DNA of 64,000 nucleotides from NCBI GenBank assembly GCA_000004985.1, contig GG738903.1; one strand, written 5' to 3'. How positions within the stretch are numbered: position 1 is the first letter of the stretch; every line of letters begins with the position of its first letter. The notes under the pieces are model-generated. The model worked only from the letters and a program-made list of their open reading frames with translations. It was not told the DNA's origin and made no database searches. This DNA is from Naegleria gruberi. Taxonomy: Eukaryota. This document shows, in pieces, positions 24,401-34,614 of this stretch. The position numbers and the translations under genes were made by a program.

Positions 24401-26279
24401 GGGCTGGAGTAAATGGAGTGACTAGTAAAATACCTGGAACAGATGTTGTTGCCATGAATCTAGCTGAGTAACTAGATAGACTTGTAAAAGGTGCAAATGT
24501 AGCATTTTTGAATAGTAATGTACTAACTGCAGATGTTGTTGAAGTTGGTTGTGTGTAGCTGAATATAACATCTCTTCTATTTCCAATACTGTAGCCATTT
24601 GATTCAATATATCTAATGCGATATGGGAAGATTGCATAAGGTGCATTGAAAGTTGGTAAAAATAAAGTTTCAAAATAATTTGGACCAGTTGAGCAAGTTT
24701 GCCCAGTAAAACCAGCATCACATTTTGTGCAAGTCTTATCATCTGAACAAGTCAAACAATTAGGAATGCATGTAAATGAACAAGTAGCACCAAATGTTCT
24801 TGGTAAACATGATGAACACAAATATGGTGTTGTACATTTAAGGCAACTTTCAGGACAAATAACTGAGGAACAATTAACACCTCCATAACCAGAGTTACAA
24901 ACACAAACACCGTCAATACATTGACCATTCGCACAATTGGTACATTTAGGTGCACATGTTGGTGGTGGAGAGGATGTTATAGAATTCTTACATGTCAAAC
25001 AACTTGTTGCACTCTTACATGTTAAACAATTAGGATTACAATAGAATTGACACAATGGACCATAGAATCCATTTACACAACTTGAGCAATTCATATTTGA
25101 ATAATCACATGCAGAACATGTGAATGGACATGTGAATGGAGGACTTTCAATAGTGAGTTGTTTTGGGAATGTTAAAACTGGTTGACCAGAAACTATTCCT
25201 TGTAGTTCATAAACACCAGGTGGTAAACTTGTAATATCAATTTGTTCACCTTTACATGGTAATTGAGCTTGTTGATTGTAGCCACTCTTATAGAAATTGA
25301 GAATTAAACTTGAGTAACGGTTACATAAAGCAATTTCAAAAGTGTTGAAGTAAATTCTTGAAGATTGTTGATAAATGATTGAATTAGGATAAACAGATAA
25401 GGAGATTAAATTATTAAACAATACTCTATTTCTAACTTGTAATTGATAATTACCCATGCTATGTCTACTAAAATATTGATAGTAATCTGTTTGTATTGGA
25501 AACCAATCTCCAAAATGATCGAAAAATGGAATAATTTCAGAAACAATATCCACTTCAAAACAATTAAATAGGTAGCATGGATATGCATTCACAATACGTG
25601 TATGTTTCACTTTTTTAGAAGCAAAATTAGCAAAGTTATCCATACCAGCAGCAGGTGAACCGAAAGTAATCAATTGAGCTCTATCCATTGGAATTGACAA
25701 TTCTTGTCCAATAATTGTAGCAGCAACTTGAGCTAAAGCACCACCTTGTGAATGCCCAGTCCAAATTATTCTATATCCAGAATAACCATTCACAAAATTC
25801 TTCAATATTTGCTTGTATTCTAAAATTTCAAAAAGAAAACCTGCATGCAGCCAAATAGTTGTTGTTGGTGTTATGGCGTATGGCACTGGAACAGCTTCAA
25901 AGTTTTGTATCCAATCTAAATAACCATCAGTTCCTCTAAAGGAAAAGACAATCTTCTTCTCTGAAGTAGAAACATAAATATTGAACACGGAAACAGACTC
26001 ATGATATCTGTAGACAAGTGTGTATTCTGGAACATAAGTAGAAGAAGTTGACAAATCATTATAAGCATCATTGGATAATACAGCAGCTGCGTAAACATCT
26101 CTATTGAAATATCCAGTATAATAGGGCTCATAGAAGGAACGTTCTGGATGTCCTCTCTCCATCATACGACGAGCAATGACACTCTCATTATATTCACTTG
26201 CCACAACTGTGTTTTGAAAACAAAATTGGACAACAAGTGACACTATTAAAGTGACAAGTAATAGTTGTGTTTTTTTCAT
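21453..26279 (-). CDS. Secreted or membrane-anchored class-3 lipase fused to about 25 tenascin/laminin-type EGF repeats and a C-terminal TM anchor.
   Basis: Signal peptide 'MKKTQLLLVTLIVSLVVQFCF'. Lipase_3 nucleophile motif 'GHSQGGALAQVAA'. Many 'C.C..G(Y/F).G..C' EGF units. Terminal 'MIMMVLFVVIIVCLI'. The start was re-set to the ATG at 26277..26279. Confidence 0.75.
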   Translation of the reverse strand: MKKTQLLLVTLIVSLVVQFCFQNTVVASEYNESVIARRMMERGHPERSFYEPYYTGYFNRDVYAAAVLSNDAYNDLSTSSTYVPEYTLVYRYHESVSVFNIYVSTSEKKIVFSFRGTDGYLDWIQNFEAVPVPYAITPTTTIWLHAGFLFEILEYKQILKNFVNGYSGYRIIWTGHSQGGALAQVAATIIGQELSIPMDRAQLITFGSPAAGMDNFANFASKKVKHTRIVNAYPCYLFNCFEVDIVSEIIPFFDHFGDWFPIQTDYYQYFSRHSMGNYQLQVRNRVLFNNLISLSVYPNSIIYQQSSRIYFNTFEIALCNRYSSLILNFYKSGYNQQAQLPCKGEQIDITSLPPGVYELQGIVSGQPVLTFPKQLTIESPPFTCPFTCSACDYSNMNCSSCVNGFYGPLCQFYCNPNCLTCKSATSCLTCKNSITSSPPPTCAPKCTNCANGQCIDGVCVCNSGYGGVNCSSVICPESCLKCTTPYLCSSCLPRTFGATCSFTCIPNCLTCSDDKTCTKCDAGFTGQTCSTGPNYFETLFLPTFNAPYAIFPYRIRYIESNGYSIGNRRDVIFSYTQPTSTTSAVSTLLFKNATFAPFTSLSSYSARFMATTSVPGILLVTPFTPAQSYPSFPNSPTMVYNTGINETFIDVQTNYFYSFFLTKEGNVRSFGELSVAGCYPSGFFGVYKTNFTKLAIPHKISYLSCYSLQNLCFAYSRESRKLFAWGPISDNYYGTNTGLCQYSPLELDITTFGSEILLSISFSQNVVMYLMESGKIFYTGSWSSLLPRVSYPTLLSTSFIGTTERITRITFIEYNSLMFTAYNGNNYIVGPFYKFPYPAANPSTSGSLWGGGVGKQVIGNMIYSPTMCNGLFDSDPNVCSGNGICEELDMCYCKTGYAGINCEVPICGGKRADVASVCSGIGSCLSPNNCSCPNGYNGTNCEISSVSNCLPSASNCQSCKSGFYDTSKLCRLKCLVNCEVCSSSETCNKCLDGLKGQYCNEKVCKVSNCATCSTSTGDCLECNEGYYGSYCNIICPSNCKSCSSEVSCSTCRSGWTGPTCQIPVCNENCIACSSPNQCSKCFNGLYGSDCSNTCPSTCESCINSTSCLTCPPYSSGSMCEIQTENCLSFINSPPKVSVTNLGSSKIMYTISVSNILSRSTNMTRLSFSEISTCERNVTDLVTNSTSQLTCETQYSISTSISDLISDSRVTQQLDSSGVVLTLTVPIYISLISNNNYCQITNYKVDHQIKLLLSSHQYIDMGVVNSNSSISQISFRRELLSVSNNKLKVSGTLFSQKAFIESVSFSKSEPNHNVSFDISLQFKSNGEYYMTIIAREYLNYYSGDFTFQVYVKSPEGDLYQVPLIISLSYYMPINPPPSEFKLLTQLSLFSDNFKESKNLFQLSEKPHVVVKVVDTEGKAASLQSTVRISIKNSYLCCVSSGRSMPTFDLTNGQLGCTVYNPSLMTSWIQLVRNQSEISQYESTIIKFPFVNNQIAFSFKLTSQMFSNSTFGSVNDCFIHTETILTNDGISSRRTSRNQLASSSVVESYHSFDILRFFNNQQQQPSPIQPSPSDLMTSTTITLNSSSMLKHSMIMMVLFVVIIVCLINYY

Positions 26280-26691
26280 CTTGATGAATTTTGAATACCA
26301 ATGTATTGAATTGCTGTGATTGGTTGTTTGCATTGTGCGTGGGTGGGAATGCTCACGTTGAGACTTCCCAACCAAGGTTTTGACAGGTTGGACATGTTGA
26401 ACAGAAATGCAAGGTAATGCATTAAATGAGAATCTCATTATCCAACTTTGAGCTTTAAATACCAACAACTAGTTTTTTAATTAGGACATAACTATCTTAC
26501 TGATTTAAAACTACGAACGATAAGTTTGTATTTTTTTGTTGTTGAGCAGTAGGAATCTTTATTGATATTCCTAATGGATGTTAGATAATAGCAAATAATA
26601 TTTTCATGGTTTTTACTAGACTTTGCATAGTATTTAAAAATATGAAAACTAATGCTTGTGGTTTAACTATGAAAGAAAAAGAAACAAAAGC

Positions 26692-26772
26692 TGCAGAAGG
26701 TGGGATTTGAACCCACGAAGCTTGCGCAGTAGAACTTGAGTCTACCCCCTTTGACCACTCGGGAACCCCTGC
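26692..26772 (-). tRNA. tRNA-Leu (anticodon CAA), type II with a long variable arm.
   Basis: Hand-folded cloverleaf with 7-bp acceptor, 3-bp D-stem, 12-nt variable arm and 5-bp T-stem. Anticodon loop is CT-CAA-GT; T-loop contains GGTTCAAATCC. Confidence 0.8.
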
Positions 26773-26928
26773 TTCACATTAGTTCATAACAACCACTTTT
26801 TATGAACTATTTCACCAGTATTAAGACTTAAATGTTTTATCTTTTAAGAATCAAAAAACACATATTCAATATCAAATATATTGGTGGCAAACCTTGACAG
26901 CCCGCTCCAATAAAATCGAACAAAAAAA

Positions 26929-29900
26929 ATGAGCGACAATGATGTTAACCAACAAGATGCTGGCGAAGAAAATGTGAATCTCCTTCGGAGGATTGTGAAT
27001 CGATTGTTTTTCAGTATGATTTTTCCACTTGCTAGAAAATACTACTCCAAAGGATCAATTGGTTTGGATGAATTGATAAAGTTACCATCATCCTTTGCTT
27101 TTCGAATAACTTCGGAACCATTTGAAAGATTTTTCTTTTCACTTAAAGGTGATTATTTACGACAATCAGTCATGTTTCTATTGAAGAGATGCATTTTCAA
27201 AATGATATTTTGCATAATTGGAAGGATAATAGTAATTGCATGTGATTTAGCTCGTCTTTATTGTTTAAATCAAATATTAATATTTAGTGAAAAATTTTAA
27301 ATTGACAGTTGAGGCTGTTTTATATGTAATCGGAATGAGTTTATTAATGTTTATATTCAAATCAATTAGATGTTTTACTGATGATCATGTAACTTTTATT
27401 GCACAACAATTGGGAGAATCAACAAGTAATTCTTTATTGAATGCAATTTATAGGAAAGTGTTGAGAATGAGTAATAGTTCTAAACATGAATATTCTACTG
27501 GTTCTGTTATGAATATTGCAACAACAGATGCATCTAGATTTCCATGGTTTTATTATTATATTGAAACTGTCATTGCATCAATGATGACATTTGCTGCTTG
27601 TTTGTGGTTTTCATGTAATTTATTGGGAATTTCAGCATTGTTTGGATTTTCAATTATTTTAATACTTGTTCTTCCACTCTCAGCTGCATGTATGATTTGG
27701 GAACAGAAAATTGAGGAAATTATTGAGGCAAATCAGGATGAAAGAAGTCAAATTATTTCACAAATGGTCTATGCAATGAGATTTGTTAAATTTTATACAA
27801 TGGAAAAATTATTCAAGAGGAAAATTATGAATATCAGGGAGGTGGAAATGAAAAATATCAAGAAGGGTTATATTTCAGATTCTGGAATGAGTGTATTGTG
27901 GAATGCATTTGCTCCAATGATTTCATTTGTTAGTTTTTTACATTTTTGTTATGTGAAAGGTGAAACTTTGAGTGTGAGCACATCATTCTCATTTCTAAGT
28001 GCACTCGATATGATTAGATATGAGGTTATCTATGTACCTGATTCATTGCTGAATATTTCGAGAGCTTGTACAAGCTTTAAGAGAATTATCAAATTACTCA
28101 GCTCTGAAGAAATTTCAGAATCGTCCACCGATTCTAATAATAAGGAAATGGAAAATCAGAAGATTCTGGAGAAGGATTTGGTTGCAGAGTATGCCAATGC
28201 TTCATTTACATGGGATTCTCTAAAGTGCGAATCATCACCAACAATAACTTTGAAGGAAATTAATCTTAAAATTAAGAAGGGTGAATTTGTTTGTATTATT
28301 GGAAGAGTTGGTCAATCGAAATCATCTTTATTGTCCTCCTTGTTGGGAGAAATGAATTTCATTGAATCTCAAGATTCATTCTTTGAAAAAGATTCTAATC
28401 TGAAATATTCCTATGTTGCTCAAGATTCTTGGATTAGAAACCAAACTATTCGTGAGAATATTCTATTTGGAGAAGAATTTGATAAGGAAAGATATCAACA
28501 AGTTCTCCATGCTTGTAATTTGGAACCTGATCTTCAACAAATATCAAAAGAAATTGGAGACATGACAATGATTGGAGAGAGTGGAATTAATTTATCAGGA
28601 GGTCAAAAGCTGAGAATTTCATTGGCCAGATGTTTCTACTCAAATGCAGATGTATTCTTATTGGATGATCCATTGTCAGCAGTTGATGTTCATACAGCTG
28701 ATCATATTATGAAATATGGAATTTATGGATTCTTGAAGGGAAAGACAACTCTAATGGTCACTAATCAAATTCACTTTATTGATAAGGCTGATAGAATTTT
28801 AGTGATGGATCAAGGTAGAATTGTTCAACAAGGAACTTTTACAGAGCTCTATCAAGAAGATTTGAATTTTAAAAATCTAATTGATGAATTTTCATCCAAC
28901 AATAAGAATAATCAACAGGAAGAAAGAGATTTATTCGATGAAGAGGAAGAGAATATCGAGAATCAAACTTCAATTGAATTGATTTCACATGAATCCCTTG
29001 AAGAATATTCCAAAATAGAAGAAGAACAACGTAAGAATCCATCCACACTTGATAGTATGAAGAGATTATTCAAATTTGCAGTTGGTAATAGCAAATTCAT
29101 GTTTGCTCTCATTTGTTTCTGTGCCATTATTCAACAATTGGTAACAGTTGGTCATCAATATGTATTGAGCTTGTGGTCAAATGATAGTGAATATCAAAGC
29201 TTTACACTGTTGACTTATTTACTTGCCTATTTGGGTACTTCTTTGATTTACATTGTGGCAGATATTAGTTCTGGATTTCTTTGCCTCATTCACTTTTTGA
29301 ATACTGCCAAACTATTACATGAGAAATTAATGACTAGTATCATTCATTCATGTATTGCATTCTTTGATTCAACACCTGTTGGAAGAATAATTGCCAGATT
29401 CACACGTGATACCAATTCGATAGATACTGATCTTAATAAGAACTTGGCACAATTGATTCCATACTTTTTCTTCTGGATTGGTGGTATTATTACTGTAATG
29501 ATCATGTCACCCTATTCAATTATTCCAGTAGTCATTCTGTCACCTGTTATATTTTTCGTGCAGAGTTATTATAGAGTTTCACTGAGAGAAATTGAACTAT
29601 TGGCAGGGGTTTATTCTTCACCAGTTAATTCACAACTATCTGAAACTATTCATGGTCTTCAAACTATTCGTGCCTTTGGAAAACAAAATTTACTTGTTGA
29701 AAGTTTTATTGAAAAGGCAGAAACACAAGCAAGAGTTTCGTATAATTCTCATTGTTTGAGCGCTTACTTTAATATGAGAAATGAGGTTGTATTTGCTCTG
29801 TGTGTATCACTCATCATTATTTCTAGTGTGTTGAGTTTTAGTGGATCATTGGTTGGTGTGATTATTCTTCAAGCAACATTGAGTTTTGATTCACTCTATT

Positions 29901-30853
29901 ATATTTCATACCTTTTTGTAATGATTGAAAAGTATATTGTTTCAGTTGAGAGAATTGAACAATATTCTGAATTAGAAAGTGAAAAATATGAACCTAATGT
30001 TCAAGTTGACATGAAAGAATTTGGAAATGGAGGTCAAATTGAAATGAAAAATGTTTGTATGAGATATAAGAAACATACATTCGAAACTGAACCAGCTGAA
30101 CAAAACAAATTAGTCCTCAAAGGAATTAATTTAAAAATCAATGCAAAAGAAAGAGTGAGCATTTGTGGAAGAACAGGCTCAGGAAAATCCAGTTTAATTC
30201 AATCACTAATGAGAATGCAAGAAATTGAACAAGAATCCACCATTCTCATTGATGGTATTGATATTAGAAATGTACCACTTGAAACACTGAGAAGTACCAT
30301 GTGTATCATTCCACAACAACCAACTCTATTTAAAGGAACTCTTCGTGAGAATCTTGACAGTTATTCACAATATACAGATAGAGAATTATGGGATGCTTTA
30401 GAAAAAGTTGGAATGAAAGATAAATTGGATCAATTACAATCATTAGATGATGAAGATGAAGAAAAATCAGAAAAAGAAGTAATAACCATCAAGCCAACTG
30501 GTCTAGAAACTGAAATATCAGAAAATGGTGAAAACATTTCAGCAGGTACGAGACAATTATTGTGTCTTGCTAGAGCTCTGATAAGAAAGAGCAAAATTTT
30601 GATATTGGATGAGGCTACTGCACTGTGTGATTTGGAAACTGATAAACTCATTCAGAAAACATTGAGAGAAGAGTTCTCATCAAATTGCACAGTGATTTGT
30701 GTAGCTCACAGATTGGAAACAATATTAGATTATGATAAGATTGTTGTAATAGATGATGGATTAGTGAGAGAAATTGGAAGTCCATCTGAATTATTGGCAG
30801 ATTCCTCCTCCCTCTTCTATCAAATGGTTGAAAAACACAACAAGAGAAAATAA
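26929..30853 (+). CDS. ABC transporter, ABCC/MRP-like. Exon 1 is ~26929..27262. A short intron lies at roughly 27263..27285 (exact borders unresolved). The remainder runs to 30853.
   Basis: NBD1 has Walker A 'GRVGQSKSSLLSSLLGE', signature 'LSGGQKLRISLARC' and Walker B 'FLLDDPLSAVD'. NBD2 has 'GRTGSGKSSLIQSL', 'ISAGTRQLLCLARAL' and 'LILDEATALCD'. Two membrane domains are present. The ORF-track start at 27287 is a GTG inside TMD1. Confidence 0.8.
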
Positions 30854-31097
30854 ACCCAAAAAAGTTACCGTTACATAAATTTGAATAAAAAAATATTAAA
30901 AAAACCATCATGGTATAAAACACTTCGTATCATCTTTACCTCTTCAACAACTCACAACTAACTCACCGTGTGGTATCATCAATGTTCACCAACCCATCAA
31001 ATTAAAAAATGGAATTAATAGAATTACCTGATGAAATCATATTCAACATACTAGAGTATTGTGCAAAGCCTAATCATCATCAGCCTCTACTCCACAA

Positions 31098-32046
31098 ATG
31101 GCCACTCTCCAATCTATCAACAAGGATCTTTCTAGAAGAATTGAAAATAAGAGTAATACATTTTGGAAAAGCCTTTTATTAGATGAATTCGGAATGAATA
31201 ATCAATTTATTAAATTACTTGATGAGCAAGAGGAGAATGATCTGAAGAGAAAGGCACTAGTGTTGAGAAAGTTGGCAAGGCGATTTATTAATTATCCTAC
31301 ATTGTACAAAGAAGAAATTGTTGATGACTGTAGAGTTTGTATTATTGGTCCTGTTGGTAATGGTAAATCTTCTTTAATAGAGCAATTTGTTTATGGTAAA
31401 TTCCCACAGGTTACAGATCCAACACTGGAAGATACTTATAGAAAGCAGGTGAAAGTGGATGGATTTGTACATTCCTTGGTTGTTTTGGATACAGGTAAGT
31501 AGGAATATTATTATTATCAATTAATTAGAACACACTATCTTAGCTGGATTAGATACATATATTGCAATGAGAGATGGTTTTATTAGAACACATGATTGTT
31601 TTGTAATTACTGCAAGTTTGGACACTACTCCAACTAAATGTGCAACATATTATGAGGAACTTTTGGATCAAATAACATTAATTAAGGGTTTAGATCATGA
31701 TGGATTTTATTTTCCTATTGTGTTTGTTGTCAACAAATCAGACTTACAACAAGAGGAAAGAGAGTCAACATTTGATGAATGGAAAAATTATTTCAATTCG
31801 TTTATTGAACGATTTAAATTTATGAATTATGATATTATTGAAACAAGTGCCAAATCAAATATTAATGTTTCAAAGGTATTTGAATTGATTATTAGAATGT
31901 TTATTCATTTCCCTTTTCCACATGTACATTTATTTCAAGAGGTAATCAATTTAGATATTAATGTATTCAAGCAAATTAAGAAAAATAAGATTCATGGGAA
32001 AGAACGAAATAAGAAAAATTATAATGAGAAATGTTTATTACAATAA
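31098..32046 (+). CDS. Ras-superfamily small GTPase, divergent. Two exons: 31098..31494 and 31544..32046. The intron is 31495..31543 (49 nt, GTAAGT..TAG).
   Basis: G1 'GPVGNGKSS'. Switch region 'DPTLEDTYRKQV'. G3 'LDTAGLDTYIAMRDGFIRT' is reconstituted across the intron in phase 1. G4 'VVNKSD' and G5 'ETSAKS' are present. Confidence 0.8.
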
Positions 32047-32886
32047 TTATTTTCTATAGACACAATTAATGTAAATTTCAGAAAGTATCAAATTAGTAAC
32101 GAATGACAACCAAACTGAACTTGTATAAGAATCCTTAACAGCAGCATCAACATTGATTCCTTCCTTTTGTTGGAAAATATTGTAAACTGTAAAGAGAGCC
32201 AAATAGACTCTCAATGAGATTGAACTCATCACAGTAGCATAACATCTAATCATCCATTCTCTGTGCTTTTGAATTCTATATTCCTTCTCCTTGTTAATTA
32301 GAGATTTGAATGGATTTATCCATTTTGGTAAAACATAGGCCATTGCCATTCCCATTGTACCAACCCAAATAGATGTCAATAATGTGAATGCACTCTTAGT
32401 TGCCAATCCACCAGCACTGTATGGAATCAAACCTATTGATCCAATTGCACCTAGAACAATACTTGAATTGAAAATATAACCCATCCATTTGTGTAATTTC
32501 ATATGTCTAGCCCTGAATGATTCTTGAAATTGGAAAATACCCAATCCCAAACAAACCATTCCACAACTAGCATGTAAAGCCAATGCAGGATATCCTTGTT
32601 TTAAAGTATAAGTTGATCCGACATATTCCAATGCTCTTGGGTCAATGGATGGATCTGGATTAACAGGTTTAAATCTATGAAATATGGACAATCCCATTAC
32701 TGCTGCCCATCCTGTTCCAACAACAACCCAAGAACCGTATTTCAATAGGGATTTAAGCCATGATGACGATGAAGAAGATGTAGTAGTATTGATTGTTTCT
32801 TCTGTTGCTACTTTCTCTACTTGTTGTTGCTCGGATGAGGTAGATGATGGTGTTGATGAATTTTCATTAGACGATGTCTTACTCAT
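32047..32886 (-). CDS. Polytopic membrane protein of unknown function with a Ser/Thr-rich N-terminus. Its stop codon directly abuts the stop of the convergent GTPase gene.
   Basis: 279-aa ATG ORF with about six hydrophobic helices. Confidence 0.5.
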   Translation of the reverse strand: MSKTSSNENSSTPSSTSSEQQQVEKVATEETINTTTSSSSSSWLKSLLKYGSWVVVGTGWAAVMGLSIFHRFKPVNPDPSIDPRALEYVGSTYTLKQGYPALALHASCGMVCLGLGIFQFQESFRARHMKLHKWMGYIFNSSIVLGAIGSIGLIPYSAGGLATKSAFTLLTSIWVGTMGMAMAYVLPKWINPFKSLINKEKEYRIQKHREWMIRCYATVMSSISLRVYLALFTVYNIFQQKEGINVDAAVKDSYTSSVWLSFVTNLILSEIYINCVYRK

Positions 32887-33280
32887 GATGATATTGGTTT
32901 AATTTTTTTTAATGGTGGTAAGGTATTGATTGGACCATTGTGTTTTTTTTTATAAGGAAACGGACAGTATTTATTTAAGGAATTGGAAACATTTATTCCC
33001 CGAATGGAAGACATTTTGCTACGTGTCTTCTACACACGTGTATTATGTGTGAAATTTATTGTGCTGTGTGCGTTTCTAATCCTTAAATTACTTCCACTAC
33101 TACTGTTGAACACTTTTAAGGGTTGGTTGAACAGTGCTGAATTATCCTCAATGGTTGTTGTATGGAAGCCAAGTCACCTATCAACTGTCACTGTTTTGAA
33201 CTGGCATCACCAATAAAAATTTTCGGTTTGCCCTTGTGACTACTTCACAGATCACTGAACGTGCTTCATCATAAAAAATT

Positions 33281-34306
33281 ATGCATAAGAGTTCATCATT
33301 ATCCTTCCTCTTGCTTGGAAGCATTTTGATTTGTTGCTTCTTGGCAACCTTCACAAATGCTCTCAAATTAAATGGGAAAGACAACAAAATTTCACTGGAT
33401 TTAAATTTGAATGGAATTAGTGGTTTGGGTGGTTTAAGTGCTTCATCATCTTCCGCTGCTTCTGCTGCTGCTGGAACATCAACTCAACAACAACAACAAC
33501 CAATTATTATTCAAGCTCCTCAACCTCAAGTTCAATATCAACCACAACCAATTACTATTAAAATTCCACCATTTAAATTCCCAAAGTGTTGTTCAAAGAA
33601 AAAGAAGGTTGAAAAAAAGACTGTTGTTATTGAAGTTCATCAAGAAAAGAGACAAAAGAAGAAGAAACCAACTAAAAAGACAGTCATTGTTGAAATTCAT
33701 CAAAAGAGAAAAGTTAAGAAGGTTAAGAAATCTGTCATTGTTGAAATTCATCAAAAAGTTAAACGTTCTAAATGTTCAAAGAGGGAAAGTAAGAGTTTGG
33801 CTCGTCAAATTAGATCAATTTTCAGAATTAAATATCAACAAGGAAAGAGATTCCATCCAAAGAAACATTTGGGAGCTGATTTGTTGATTTTATTCTCTCA
33901 TTTGAAGAAGAATCGTTCAGTTCCAAAATGTAGAAATAATACCAAGCCAAAACTTCCAAAATCTGTTAAAAAGATGGTAAAGATTATTTTCAAATGGAAG
34001 AAATCAAAGAAGGTTGAAAAGAAGCCTGAAAAAAAGCCTGAAAAGAAATGTAAGAAACCAACTAAACCAAAGAAATGTCCAAAGCCAGTCAAACCAAAGA
34101 AATGTAAAAAACCAACTAAACCAAAGAATAAGAAGCTCACTAAGGAAACTGTAGAAATGCTCAAATATTTGGCCACTTGTGACAAGAAATCTGTCACTAT
34201 TAAGAAGAAGAAGGTTGTTCAAAAGAAGGTTGAAAAGAAGGTTGTTGAAAAGAAACCTGAAAATAAGAATCAAAACATTGATGAAATCTTTTCAAAGAAG
34301 AAATAA
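33281..34306 (+). CDS. Secreted, extremely Lys-rich repetitive protein.
   Basis: Signal peptide 'MHKSSSLSFLLLGSILICCFLATFTNA'. Gln/Pro segment 'QQQQQPIIIQAPQPQVQYQPQP'. Three repeats of 'KKTV(V/I)(I/V)E(V/I)HQ(E/K)(K/R)'. C-terminal 'KKPEKKPEKKCKKPTKPKKCPKPVKPKKCKKPTKPK'. Confidence 0.5.
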   Translation: MHKSSSLSFLLLGSILICCFLATFTNALKLNGKDNKISLDLNLNGISGLGGLSASSSSAASAAAGTSTQQQQQPIIIQAPQPQVQYQPQPITIKIPPFKFPKCCSKKKKVEKKTVVIEVHQEKRQKKKKPTKKTVIVEIHQKRKVKKVKKSVIVEIHQKVKRSKCSKRESKSLARQIRSIFRIKYQQGKRFHPKKHLGADLLILFSHLKKNRSVPKCRNNTKPKLPKSVKKMVKIIFKWKKSKKVEKKPEKKPEKKCKKPTKPKKCPKPVKPKKCKKPTKPKNKKLTKETVEMLKYLATCDKKSVTIKKKKVVQKKVEKKVVEKKPENKNQNIDEIFSKKK

Positions 34307-34614
34307 ATCCAATTCTAACCAAGTAAATTGAATAACAATTGATACTTTCAATGTTGATAGAAGAAGAAACAGCAGACATGCAATATTGGATGATTTACAA
34401 AGTTATATTGAATAAATAGAAATTGTATCTTCTAAAAAAGGCAATTCAACAGGTAAGGAATTGGATACAAACTGGTAGATTTTTCGTTAAAAAACATTAG
34501 AAAATACGTGGTGGCTGTCATCATCAATGATAACTGACAACAACAACATTTAACCATTAAATTTGAAAAACTTTAAAAAAATATAAAAATTTGACTTGAA
34601 GAACCACCACACAT

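Noticed and set aside
21453-26468. Many 60-115-aa ORFs on the opposite strand or in other frames inside the lipase-EGF and EGF-kinase genes. Examples are 22735.., 22856.., 23354.., 24044.., 24422.., 57801.., 58736.., 59036.., 59270.. and 59672...
   Set aside because: They are translations of the low-complexity Cys/Gly codon repeats in wrong frames (His/Val/Gln-rich nonsense). They lie nested inside long, motif-rich ORFs.
26773-26930. tRNA-associated retroelement or 'ex-B box' near the two tRNA genes.
   Set aside because: I found no second B-box-like motif downstream and no LTR or poly-A remnants in the flanks.
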